Positions 10,839 to 21,634 of a stretch of DNA of 64,000 nt are shown in pieces. Made by a program: the position numbers and the translations under genes. The notes under the pieces were generated by a model. That model saw only the letters and a program-made list of their open reading frames with translations. It did no database searches and was not told where the DNA came from. Position 1 is the first letter of the stretch. Each line of letters opens with the position of its first letter. The DNA is from Macrostomum lignano (Eukaryota): assembly GCA_002269645.1 (NCBI GenBank), contig NIVC01001006.1:62001-126000 (forward strand), written 5' to 3'.

Positions 10839-13800
10839 TTTTCCTTCGTAGAACGCTTCAATCCTTGGCTTGTCGTAGCAGGTTGTTGACGTGTTCGACG
10901 GCAAGATGTTAAAGTGCTGTATCGGCGTGCACTTGTATATCAACAGATGCTCGTATATTGGAACTGCCAAAACGTTCGTCATTCCGGTGATTTTACGAAA
11001 AGTCATCGTAGGGTTGACATAGTAGTTTTGTCTGGCATAATTTAAGTTGATTGCGTGCATTTTGCAAGTTAGCTGGACCAGTGTTCGATGCAAGTGGTTT
11101 AACTGGTTGTGTAGATTGTGATCCAAAGCCGTTATCTTTGCTGACAGTAGTCGGTTTGACACCAGTTTGGGACGTTCGATGTCTCGTCGTCGTCTGTTCT
11201 GTTGTTCCTGCTGTTGATACGTTCCGTTGATGATCGCCAGAAAGGTTTGTTTGTCTTCATCCTTTACATAGACCGGAATTTCTTGTTCGGAGAAATAGTG
11301 TCTTGTCTGTATCTTGCATTTCAGTTGCGTAGGCGGCTTCTTTTGAAAGGTCAGTGCCAAGTCTCCTGACTTTGCCAAAAACGTGTTTGACAGTAGGCCT
11401 CCTTCCACTGTGTGGTACTTTTGTAGTTGACAGTCGATTTCCGTCTCAACCTTCCAAGCGAAGAAATATTGTCGTGACTTTGATGGCTCTTCGTAGTGTG
11501 GATCGGCTCTGTGCACTATCTGCCATCGATAGTCTGGATGATACGTTGGACTCAGCGGTAGGCTGTAGAGTTCTGCATTTCGCAATATCGGCGTTGGGCA
11601 CCATCCTTCGCTGTATCGGCATTCACTTAGTTGCAGTTGCAGTGATTCCATTTTCTCGTACGGATTGTAGTAGAACGGAACATTCCTGATTAGGTAGCTG
11701 TTGCGTGCCGTGTAGTCAGGCCATCTTTCATTATAGTGGACATATCGACCGTTTGCCACATTCTTTGTTCGGAAGAGTTGTGCGTTGCCGACCTTTTCAT
11801 CAGGTTCTAGTACACCATCTTTGGAGAACAATGTCTGGTTCCATCGTAGGCAGTCAGCGTGCGACACATGTAGCTCATGCTGTCGGAATCGGATTCTGTT
11901 CCATTGTCCTCGCCATATTTTTTCGACTAGGTGCTTGTCTCTGAAGCACACGATTCCAAGTTGTCGATGCTTCTTGATGTTGGCTTTGTAGAGATCGATT
12001 GTGATCTTTTTTGGCTTCGTCTGGTTTGTCTTGAAGTAGCTGCATTTGATGTCGGTTGGTATCTTGTAGATCATCGGTTGGATATGCGCATCCGTTGGAC
12101 ATATCATTGGTTTTTCCATTGCTGTTGCTTTGGTGACTACTGCCGTCAGTAGTATTATGATGATCCAGAATATCCAGAGTCGCCATTTTCTGAACGTTGC
12201 CGTTGTCTTTGCTGGCATTGGCTGCGGCTGCCATTCGTTATCTTCTACGTCCGCATCGTATTCTTCCTCTTGTTCCATTGGCGTTTCCGAGCGCAAGGCA
12301 TCCGATTCGTTCCGCTGCTTGTCGTCTTCATCGTTTTCTTCCTTGCTTTCTTCCGATGTTGTAGTTGTGTCACTCCATTGTCTGCGGTACCTCACTTCGG
12401 CCTTGTAGTCGACCGTTTGGATGTAGGCTTCACCATTTCGTTTATAGCGGATCTCGTAGCATTGATCGCTGTCGGAGCTTAGATTTCTTTCTTCCATTCC
12501 TTTGTGCCTTCCGTCTTCATGTTCTTTGTCGGCGGCTCGGTTGTCATCAGCATCATTGTGCATCTCATAATCGTGATCGCTGCTTTCTTCTTGCTGTTCT
12601 TCTTCCATCTCCGCATTTCCGTCGTTGCTTCTTTCGTTGTCATCCTTCGTTGCCAGTTCTTTGTCGTTGCTTTTGTTTGTTTCTTCTTTTCTTTCACTGA
12701 TGTCGCTTGACAATGTTTTTTCTGTGCTCACTTCTGTCTTTTCTTCTTCGCTGTCAATGTTAGTTTCTTTCATTTCGACCATGCTGATGTTTTTTGTCTT
12801 TTCGCTGCTCTCCACATCGAGCCAGTCGATTTCATTGATAGTGAAGTCCATTTCTAAGTCGTCTATCGTGAAGACTTGCTGCTCTTGCTGTTCGCTTTCC
12901 GGTGTGTACGTGATGGCGTTTGCATATCGTTGCATCGCTTGCGTTGGTTGCTTGGGCATGTATCTGGTGTTTCGCGGTCTGTAGCCATTGTTTCCGAAGC
13001 GTTTCGTGTTTTGCTGCTGCCAATTTTGATGTTGTTGCCATGGTTTTTGCGGCTTCCTTCTGTTGAATGGCTGTCGCTGCATGTCATTTCTTGTTGACCG
13101 ATGAGGACAATGTATTTGGTAGTGTCCTTCTCGTCCACAGTAATAGCATCTGGCTTGGGCTCGTTCATTTCGTCTTTTTTGTTCGGCGATAACGGCTGTT
13201 TGATGTTGCATCAGTTTGTTTAGTTGCTGTGTCAGTTTCTGCACTTCTGTGTTGCCGGTTGTCATTAGTGGAGCGCTTGCTTCCCACTGCATTCCGCACC
13301 GTAAAAGGTCTTCCTCGGTTTCAATGTTTTCGCGTAGAAGTCTATCTCGGAGTGACGGCTGTGCATTGTTTATTACGTGCAGAATCAGATTTTGTTCGCG
13401 ATCCATCAATCGCTGTCGCTCTCTAGCGGCTAATTCTGCCGCACCCAGAGGTGGTTGGTCTGCAGCTGGCAGTGTTGGCTGATGCAGTGCCTTAATTATC
13501 TGACGGATGTCGTCCACAAAGGTCAGGAAGGATTCGGTTGGCTGCATCCTTCTGTTATGCAACTTGTGCAGTAGCACTGATCTGTTTGTGCCACAGCGGT
13601 TGAAATGCGCGCGCAGTTGAATGATTAATGCTGGGTAGTTTTGCTGTGTTGCCGCATCTAGTTTACCATAAATCTCTCGTGCAGTGCCTTGGAGGAGTGG
13701 TGGCAACAGTTGCGCTTTTTCTGGATTTTGTAGGTTGTATTCCCTACATACCAGGTCAAAATGATCAACAAAGGTGTTAAAGTCTTTTTCCATAGAAAAG

Positions 13801-13853
13801 GTGCCAACTGTCTCTTTGATATCTCTGTGCACCGTTGGATTGCGCCGCGCCAT
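10683..13853 (-). CDS. gag: Gag (capsid plus CCHC knuckle), acidic linker, signal/TM and env-like glycoprotein ectodomain in one frame
   Basis: Gypsy-like gag N-terminus; CYYCGREGHYQIHC knuckle; hydrophobic WRLWIFWIIIILLTAVVTKATA; Cys-rich domain with NQT, NQT, NGT and NTS sequons; RRRR furin site at 11184-11195. The meaningful frame changes near 10840. Confidence 0.9.
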   Translation of the reverse strand: MARRNPTVHRDIKETVGTFSMEKDFNTFVDHFDLVCREYNLQNPEKAQLLPPLLQGTAREIYGKLDAATQQNYPALIIQLRAHFNRCGTNRSVLLHKLHNRRMQPTESFLTFVDDIRQIIKALHQPTLPAADQPPLGAAELAARERQRLMDREQNLILHVINNAQPSLRDRLLRENIETEEDLLRCGMQWEASAPLMTTGNTEVQKLTQQLNKLMQHQTAVIAEQKRRNERAQARCYYCGREGHYQIHCPHRSTRNDMQRQPFNRRKPQKPWQQHQNWQQQNTKRFGNNGYRPRNTRYMPKQPTQAMQRYANAITYTPESEQQEQQVFTIDDLEMDFTINEIDWLDVESSEKTKNISMVEMKETNIDSEEEKTEVSTEKTLSSDISERKEETNKSNDKELATKDDNERSNDGNAEMEEEQQEESSDHDYEMHNDADDNRAADKEHEDGRHKGMEERNLSSDSDQCYEIRYKRNGEAYIQTVDYKAEVRYRRQWSDTTTTSEESKEENDEDDKQRNESDALRSETPMEQEEEYDADVEDNEWQPQPMPAKTTATFRKWRLWIFWIIIILLTAVVTKATAMEKPMICPTDAHIQPMIYKIPTDIKCSYFKTNQTKPKKITIDLYKANIKKHRQLGIVCFRDKHLVEKIWRGQWNRIRFRQHELHVSHADCLRWNQTLFSKDGVLEPDEKVGNAQLFRTKNVANGRYVHYNERWPDYTARNSYLIRNVPFYYNPYEKMESLQLQLSECRYSEGWCPTPILRNAELYSLPLSPTYHPDYRWQIVHRADPHYEEPSKSRQYFFAWKVETEIDCQLQKYHTVEGGLLSNTFLAKSGDLALTFQKKPPTQLKCKIQTRHYFSEQEIPVYVKDEDKQTFLAIINGTYQQQEQQNRRRRDIERPKLVSNRLLSAKITALDHNLHNQLNHLHRTLVQLTCKMHAINLNYARQNYYVNPTMTFRKITGMTNVLAVPIYEHLLIYKCTPIQHFNILPSNTSTTCYDKPRIEAFYEGKRIQDSWTRYTTSSLAPQYRDLAPRQQTIINWTMHYTSSKQLERQQTSQNRK

Positions 13854-14527
13854 GTTGTTGATGGGATAGAACGGTAGCTCTAGGTCTGGGTCGATTTGTA
13901 ATGGATCTTCCAGTGTGGTGTTTCTTTCGAAATAAACTTCGGTTGTAACTGATTGTCTTGCGGTGCTTTTGACACCTCAATTTGTTATGTCTGACCTTGA
14001 GCGGAATTCGGCTTTTGGCTGCTTTTCTGACCTCTTATTCGCTGGCTGATTTTCGCACTTATGCGGCGTCCCGCAAAGTGTATCTTTAAAGTGCTTGAAG
14101 TGCAGCTGCTTCTTGCTTTTTTCAAAGGCCTTTCTTGTCTTCGTGACGTGCCTTGTCACGTTTTATCAAATTTCGGTTTGTTTTAGCTTTCGTCAAGTGT
14201 TTTTAATTTCGGTTTTGTTTTAGTGTGTATTGATTATTTTTCGGTTTGTTTTCAGTGTACCGGACGTTGTTTTCGGTTTTGTTTAAGGTTTACTCTTGCT
14301 CGAGCTCGTTAAAAACAAAAATTTAACACGCGTGCTCAAACGTTACTCAAATTGACAGGTACTCAAGCCTGTATATCTAAACTTTTACTCGAGTTTCAAA
14401 TCGTACAAAAATCGAAAAGTGTCGAAAAGTGTTACCTCTAACACGTGCGCGCAAAATTAATGAAGTCGCTCTTTCGTCACTTTACAATAGCTTGGCCAGG
14501 CTATTGCTCAAAAGTTTGAGTAGTGCC

Positions 14528-14545
14528 GAGAGGGCGAGATCACCA
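14528..14545 (-). promoter_or_regulatory. Putative primer-binding site (TGGTGATCTCGCCCTCTC)
   Basis: TGG starts 2 nt after the 5' LTR's terminal CA; I cannot identify the cognate tRNA. Confidence 0.55.
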
Positions 14546-14547
14546 AT

Positions 14548-15623
14548 TGATGTGTTCCTTATTACCAGTCCTCAACTGTAATCAAGGAACAATCACTTCT
14601 AGCTCCGTAGCTAGGCAACCCAGTAATCAAATGAAGGTATTCAATTACCTTTGAGTCCTTAAATGAGAGCTCTCGTAATAATCCTCGTCCGTAGTATCGC
14701 GATCAGTAACTTTCCTGTCCTTCAGGAAGTTTAGGCGCCTGGTAACAGTTGATCTGGTCCGTTATCTCCTTTGTCCTCTTGACTTCTTGCCGGCCGGTAT
14801 CTGTAGTTCGGACCAATCGGAAGCTTCCAAATTAACAATGGGGATCCCTGCGCCAAACTGCGGTTTAATATAAGCCTACTCCTTCTAGTAGTGCCTCTAT
14901 GCACTCTAGGTATGGCTCCGGAAACCACTGATAGTCTTCTAAGATCTATCAGGGGCAGTCCTTCTGGAGACTGCAACCAGTGGAGTCTAAACAGACTCAA
15001 GAGTCTCAGCAGACTCAAATAAACTCAAGTCTCAATAGACTTGAGCGAGACGTCTCAACCAACGGGCGCAAATGAGTAAGGCTTACCGCAAGAACTCGTC
15101 CACGACGCGAGTTTCTTCAGGAAGGCTTCACTAGAGCTTCCTCTTCGGAGCTTCTCTCCCTTGGAGATTTTCTGGCTCCGGGTCCGTTCCGGACCACTTG
15201 TATTTATAGGCGTTCAGACCTCTCTCGAGGTCGTACATCACTGTCTTCGCAAATGTCAAAGGGTCACGATTCGGTGGCTGTCAAGCATGACAGGGTAGAA
15301 AGTTGCGCAACTAGTCTACTGTAAAAGCGCATGATTGGTTACCGTAGCTGGTAGACTTTGATTGGTTCATCCGGGTGCAACCCGAGTGCAAACAAAATGA
15401 TGACTTGAAGGTGGGGTTTGAATTGACAGTTGTTGGTCGCACGTGATTGGGTGATTTCTAAAATTAGCATGCTCGAGGTCTCTCTCTTCCTATTGGTTAG
15501 TCCGAATATACTTATAGTTCAAAGCATACCTTTATTCATGCTCTTCAATTTACTACTAAATAAAATGTGTGAGTAGTACATTAACACTTTTATGTCTTCT
15601 TACGGGAGGTAGAACACTCTACA
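14548..15623 (-). repeat. 5' LTR (1076 bp)
   Basis: Same length and sequence as 4925-6000; followed on the minus strand by AT-TGG (putative primer-binding site). Confidence 0.97.
15201..15500 (-). promoter_or_regulatory. LTR U3 promoter: TATAAATA at 15201-15208 with four upstream CCAAT boxes
   Basis: Plus strand tatttata at 15201 and ATTGG at about 15334, 15361, 15445 and 15492, i.e. CCAAT on the element's sense strand. Confidence 0.6.
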
Positions 15624-15627
15624 CCAT

Positions 15628-17047
15628 CTCCACTCGCCAGGCCACGTTGGTGATGGCGCACGAGCTGGCGCACAACCTGGGCGCGGCGCACGACCCTCCG
15701 GCTGGCGAGTGCAACCCCGGGCCGCAGCAGGGCGGTCACTTCCTCATGCACGTCAAGGCCGTCACTGGCAAAGACATCAACCACAGCCGGCTGTCCGTCT
15801 GCAGTAGAAAGGCCATCGCCGATGTGCTGGCTGTGAGTTGGCAGGGCTGGGAGTGAGACAATCCTTAGGCTCATATTCCTGTTTATTCCGTATTTATTCA
15901 AAATAGTGCACATAGCTGTACTTTCAGAGTGCAGACGCGTACGAGGCTTGTAGAGAGTAGAGCACGCAATACCATAAAAGCCACAATACAGCATGCCCTA
16001 CGCAGCTCAGGCCAGCCCCTCCAGCCCCTCCACCGCGGATCCACAGAGTCGAGAGGCCGACTGCTTCTCCAACAAGACTGGCCAGGTCTGCGGCAACGGC
16101 CGTCGAGAAGTCGGCGAAGACTGCGACGCCGGGCCCGCCGGTGATGACTGCTGCGGCCCGGACTGTCGCCTGCGTCCCGGGGCCTCCTGCAGCGACGCGA
16201 ATTCCGCCTGCTGCATCGACTGTCGCCCAGCCGCCGCAGGATTCGTCTGCCGACGCGCCCAGCCGCTCTGGCCGTGCCGCTCGGACGCCAAGTGCGACGG
16301 CCGCTCGGTCGCGTGTCCCGCACCGGAGACGACTGCGCCGCTTGCCAACGGCACCTCCTGCCTGCGCGGACTCGGCGCCTGCGCTGGCGGCGATTGCCTC
16401 ACCCGCTGCCAGCTGGTCGGCAAGACCGACTGCTCCTGCCCGTTGCCTGCCGACGCCTGCAGCCAGTGCTGCCGGGGAGATCGCGACGGCGACGCGTGCG
16501 AGCCGCATCGCGATGGCGCAACCGCGGCTGTGCGGAGGCCGGACTGCCCGGAGGCGGCGGACTTCGCTGGCGGCGGCCTGACGGTGCGGATGTGGCGTCT
16601 GGTCGGTCGGATCAGCGGCGAGTCGCTCGGTGAGGGGGGCGGTTCGACGGGAGTGAAGTGAATAGTGATTAAGTGATTGAAAATGAGGTAATTGAAAGCC
16701 GATAATGGGCAAAATTAATTAAATCACAAGGCGACATTCTGCGCTGCAACCTGGTGTTCATAGTGGTGCTGCTGTCCCTGCTGGCCTGGGTGCCCGCCTG
16801 CTGCATCTACGAGCACAGCGTGAGTTGATTGAATTGCGTCTGAACTGAGCATTTGCTGCTTTTGGTTGGGAACTGGTAGCAGAAGACGTGGGATTGAGAA
16901 AAGGAGACAAACTTTTTTTATAGATAAGCTTCGATCATCCAATTGCAGCCCCGCTGTTTAACCATCAACCCAAACTGCACTTCATCACTTCAGACTCAGC
17001 TGAGCCGCAGGGCCCGAGCGGATGCAGTTCTGCCGGTGTACAGCTGA
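15628..17047 (+). CDS. ADAM17: ADAM17/TACE-like, 3' part (zinc motif, disintegrin, cys-rich, TM, tail); exons 15628-15832, 16047-16629, 16731-16819, 16949-17047. This copy is interrupted by the LTR element
   Basis: HELAHNLGAAHD zinc motif, FLM Met-turn, VCGNGRREVGEDCD disintegrin, TM NLVFIVVLLSLLAWVP. Removing the element and one CCAT restores the frame (KGEA-I-STRQATLVMAHE) and gives about 728 aa. The last exon is the least certain. Confidence 0.85.
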
Positions 17048-18984
17048 TTTGCTCTCGTGACTCCCGTTCAGAAAGAAAACTGCCTGCTAATCTGGAGTCT
17101 CGGCTCACCAACACCAAATTAAAGAATATTGAATTAAGTATCATCACTGAGTCAATTACGCACCTGTTCCGCCTTTAGCAAGCGTCTTCATCTGGCGTAC
17201 CATTTAAGTACCAGTATGTGGAAAAATCAGCACAGCGGTCCACTTTCTAAACTTTTCTTAAGGCTTTGATATTTTAATCATTTTAGTTTATAGTTTTTCA
17301 CACCCATTCGTTCTGCATAAGAAACTTTACAATATTACAGTCAAAAAGAGGCAATCATTTATCTACCTGTAATTTTCACCTGCAGATTTATCAATAATAG
17401 CTGTCGGTCTCATTACAAATTGCGATTTAAGAATTTTTTACACATAATTTTTATATCATCAGCTCAGTTAAGGACGATTTTTACAAATAGCATGTACATG
17501 TATATCATACTGGATGTTGCAGCATCAGAATAATTTCATACAAAGCTGGTCTGAAGTTAAGCTGAAGCATAAAATGAAAAAAAAAGATTTTTTTAGTTTA
17601 CGAGACAAGACTCAAGCTTTTAATACTTAATGCGACTTGATCGGGTATTTTCCCTGCCCGCTGTAAGAATACTCAGTTACACTCAGTTCACTACTTCTCT
17701 GTCCTTGGTCCATCTGCCGGCTCCTATGGCTGTCTCCCTGCCCTTGTGTCTCGGCTCTCATCCTGACAGTGGACTAGAGTCCTGGGTTGGATGTTCGTCC
17801 CGAATCGGGGATACCGGCTGAGTCCGGGTCCTCTTGCTCCTTGTGCCCCTTCCTGATCCCTTGACCTGGCCTCCAATATAGAGCTGGATAGGTGATACCC
17901 TTGTGGCTTGCAGCCCTGTAGGTATCCTAGGCAGTGTAGGCACTGCCTGACAGGAGACTCGCCCTCGGAAACAAGCCTTCCAGACTCGCTCCAAAACTAA
18001 GTCACTAACTAAGCCATTTCCGAGACTCCTGGGTTTCCCCGCTCTCGGACCGCTTTTAGTAATATCCTAAGATTTTTTCTTTTTTCGCGCACTCCCGGGA
18101 CTTGTCTGCTGGGTGGTGGCCTGGGTGGACTCGGTCCTAGCACCGTCCCAGATTCCACTAATATTGGGTTGGCGGTGTCTTTAGTCCATAAGGCTTGGGT
18201 TAGTAGCAACTAACAACTCCCCTGGCCATGTGGATTCTTCAACTGGCGCAGTAAACGTTTTACCTGCTGGACCACACAAGTGAAGCTATGGGCTCACCCC
18301 TCCAGTCCCATAAGATGCGTCTCAGTTCTGCTATTAGATCATTGGCACCACCTTGTCTTTCCTACAGAAAACACAGATCAAATCAGATCAGAATAAAAGC
18401 GGAACAAGTTATGTATTGATTTCCATCAGTTTATTGACGCAAAAAGTTGTTATAAATATATTATGCGTTTCAAGGACTGCTTAACAACTACTCAGTAGTC
18501 CTTGACGCGTTTATTGTTAGGAAAAGGATATAATAATTGGTTTGATAAAATTAGGGATAATTACGATAAATAGTGAATTATTAAATAGCGAGTAAGCTAA
18601 ACTAGAAAAGTAACTACTGTAGCTAAGTAGGCGCACGTAAAGTTTAAATAATATTTGGATTACAGGTGCAGGTGCACACGCATGCAGATAAAAACCAAGA
18701 ATAAATATTACAAATATAAAAGTACACTGCTAAAAGCTAAATAAGGTTAAATAATAAAAGGAGACTTTTCATCTGTTTTAAGGCTTAAATAAATAAGGGT
18801 AAGGGTCAAGTGCAATTATTGTGTAACGTAGATAAGACTATAAAATTTAAGCAGTGCAGTTGCGGAGTTACTTGATCTTGCAACAAAGGATAATAAAATT
18901 TTCGCAGGTTAAAAAGGTTTCAAATTTTAAAGCATAATTGCTCAAACTTTCTCGGCATAAAAAACGAGCAAAATTAGCAATAAA

Positions 18985-19960
18985 CTAGCAATCTACGCCC
19001 CCCGTTGGGGAGCCAAAGAAATGCAATACACGTTTTTTTAATAAGCTACATGTATCCTTGAAATCTTAAAAAATCTCCTGTCAAACCTTGTAAGCCTTGA
19101 CATGTCAGTAATTCCCCCCACAAGCTTTAACATATCAACTTCCCCCTTGAAATCTCAGCAATGCCCCAAATAAGCCTTGGAAATCTAAAAATATCTGTCA
19201 ACCTTCTAACCCTAACCCTAGCCTAACCCTAACCCTAACCCTAACCCTAACCTAACCCTAAAGCATTGAAATTTCAGTAATTCTCTCTAAGAGTCATTAT
19301 AGCACTACTACAGCATTATAGCGATTCCCTGCTAGCCTCGACATCGTAGGGATTCCCAAATGAATCTCTTAACTTCGACATGAAGCTTCTTTTATTTTTT
19401 ACATTACGCTTTTTTTATCAGCGATCCCTCCCCTGAGGAGGCATCAAATAATGTAATAAAAAGTTTTCAATAAACTACATGTAGCTTCTGACTTTAGCTT
19501 TGAAATCTCATTTATACCTCCGTCCCCCGTGAGCCTTGACATCTCAGCTATTCCCCGTAAGCCTTAATATGTCAGCGATGGCCCCCATAAACCTTGAAAT
19601 CTAAAAAATCCCCTGTTATTCTGTTAACCTTGAAACCCGCTAAAATCTAACCCTCAACCCACACCTGACCTAAACCTAGCTTTAACCCAACCTAAAGCCT
19701 TGAAATCTCAGCAATTCTTCTCCCCTAAGCCTTGACATTTTAGTGATTCCTTCTTTAAGAATCACAGCACTATAACGATTTCCACCTAGCTTTGACATCG
19801 TAGCCATTCCCAAATGAATCTTTTAACTTCGACATGACTTTTCTTTTATGTATACGTAGTGCTACTTTTATTTTTTACATGACTCTTCTTCTATCAGCGT
19901 CCCCCCCCATGGCGAGCCAACAAAGAATGCAATAAAAAAATTGAGTAAAGTACATGAACT
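18985..19960. repeat. Degenerate ~450-bp tandem units with (CCCTAA)n tracts
   Basis: Similar blocks start near 19000, 19430 and 19905; CCCTAA runs at about 19205-19260 and a degenerate run at about 19645-19695. Confidence 0.6.
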
Positions 19961-20089
19961 TTGAAGTAGCTTCTGACTTTTGCTTTGACATCTCAGAACC
20001 CCCCCCCCCGTAATCTCAGTTATTCTCTGAGAGCCTTTACGTCTCAGTTTTTCTCCCCAGCACAGCATTATAGCTGCATTTAATTTTTA

Positions 20090-21272
20090 CATGACACCCT
20101 TCATGTCTGACATGACGCTTCTTTTATTGTACCATGATGCTTCTTAATTTTTTAAATGACACTTTCATTAGTTTTTAAATGAGGCTTCTATGATTTTTTC
20201 TTGACGCTTCTATGATTTTTTCTTGACGCTTCTATGATTTTTTCTTGACGCTTTTATGATTTTTTCTTGACGCTTTTATGATTTTTAAATGACGCTTCTA
20301 TGATTTTTTACATGACGCTTCTATGATTTTTATATAACGCTTTTACGATTTTTTACATGACGCTTCTATGATTGTTTACATGACGCTTCTATGATTTTTT
20401 AATGACGCTTCTATGATTTTTTACATGACGCTTCTATGTTTTTTTAAATGACGCTTCTATGATTGCTTACATGACGCTTCTATGATTTTTTAAATGACGC
20501 TTCTATGATTGTTTACATGACGCTTCTATGATTGTTTACATGACGCTTCAATGATTGTTTACATGACGCTTCTTTGATTGTTTACATGACGCTTCTATGA
20601 TTGTTTACATGATGCTTCTATCATTTTTTAAATGACGCATCTATGATTTTTTAAATGACGCTTCTATGTTTTTTTAAATGACGCTTCTATGATTTTTTAA
20701 ATGACGCTTCTATGATTTTTTACATGACGCTTATATGATTTTTTAAATGACGCTTCTATGATTGTTTACATGACGCTTCTATGATTTTTTAAATGACGCT
20801 TCTATGATTGTTTACATGACGCTTCTATGATTTTTAAATGACTCTTCTACGATTTTTACATGACGCTTCTATGACTTTTTTAAATGACGCTTCTATGATT
20901 TTTTAAATGACGCTTCTATGATTTTTTAAATGACGCTTCTATGATTTTTTACATGACGCTTATATGATTTTTTAAATGACGCTTCTATGTTTTTTTAAAT
21001 GACGCTTCTATGATTTTTTACATGACGCTTATATGATTTTTTAAATGACGCTTCTATGATTGTTTACATGACGCTTCTATGATTTTTAAATGACTCTTCT
21101 ACGATTTTTACATGACGCTTCTATGACTTTTTTAAATGACGCTTCTATGATTTTTAAATGACGCTTCTACGATTTTTTACATGACGCTTCTATGATTGTT
21201 TACATGACGCTTCTATGATTGTTACATGACGCTTCTATGATTGTTTACATGACGCTTCTATGATTGTTTACA
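20090..21272. repeat. 22-23-bp satellite (ATGACGCTTCTATGATTTTTT(AC/AA))n
   Basis: About 50 tandem copies read directly. Confidence 0.97.
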
Positions 21273-21384
21273 TGGCATCTGTATAGAACCTCTGTTCTCT
21301 ACAAGTAACAAAAAGATAGCCAAAAAAGGCCTTCACAAAGAAAACAGACAAAATACTCAAAGGAAGTGCAATGCAAAAAAAAAT

Positions 21385-21555
21385 CATCCCAAGACAGCAA
21401 GCATCCCCCAGATAGCAAGCATCTTCCAGATTACAAGCAACCCCCGGATAGCAAGCATCCCCCAGATAGCAAGCATCCCCCAGATAGCAAGCATCCCCAG
21501 ATAGCAAGCATCCCCTACACAGATAGCATCCCCAAAAAGCAAGCATCCACCAGAC
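21385..21555. repeat. ~19-bp minisatellite (CCCAGATAGCAAGCATCCC)n
   Basis: About 8 tandem copies. Confidence 0.9.
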
Positions 21556-21634
21556 AATAAGTAGCTAGTGCGACAATTTCCTTAGCATTATAGTGGCTCC
21601 TTTAAAATTCGCTTACTTTTATGTTTGAAATTGT

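Larger units (their letters stand above)
4925..15623 (-). mobile_element. Full-length Ty3/Gypsy-type LTR retroelement with an env-like glycoprotein between gag and pol
   Basis: TG...CA LTRs at 4925-6000 and 14548-15623; 4-bp TSD CCAT at 4921-4924 and 15624-15627; domain order PR-RT-RH-IN; CCHC gag. Confidence 0.97.
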
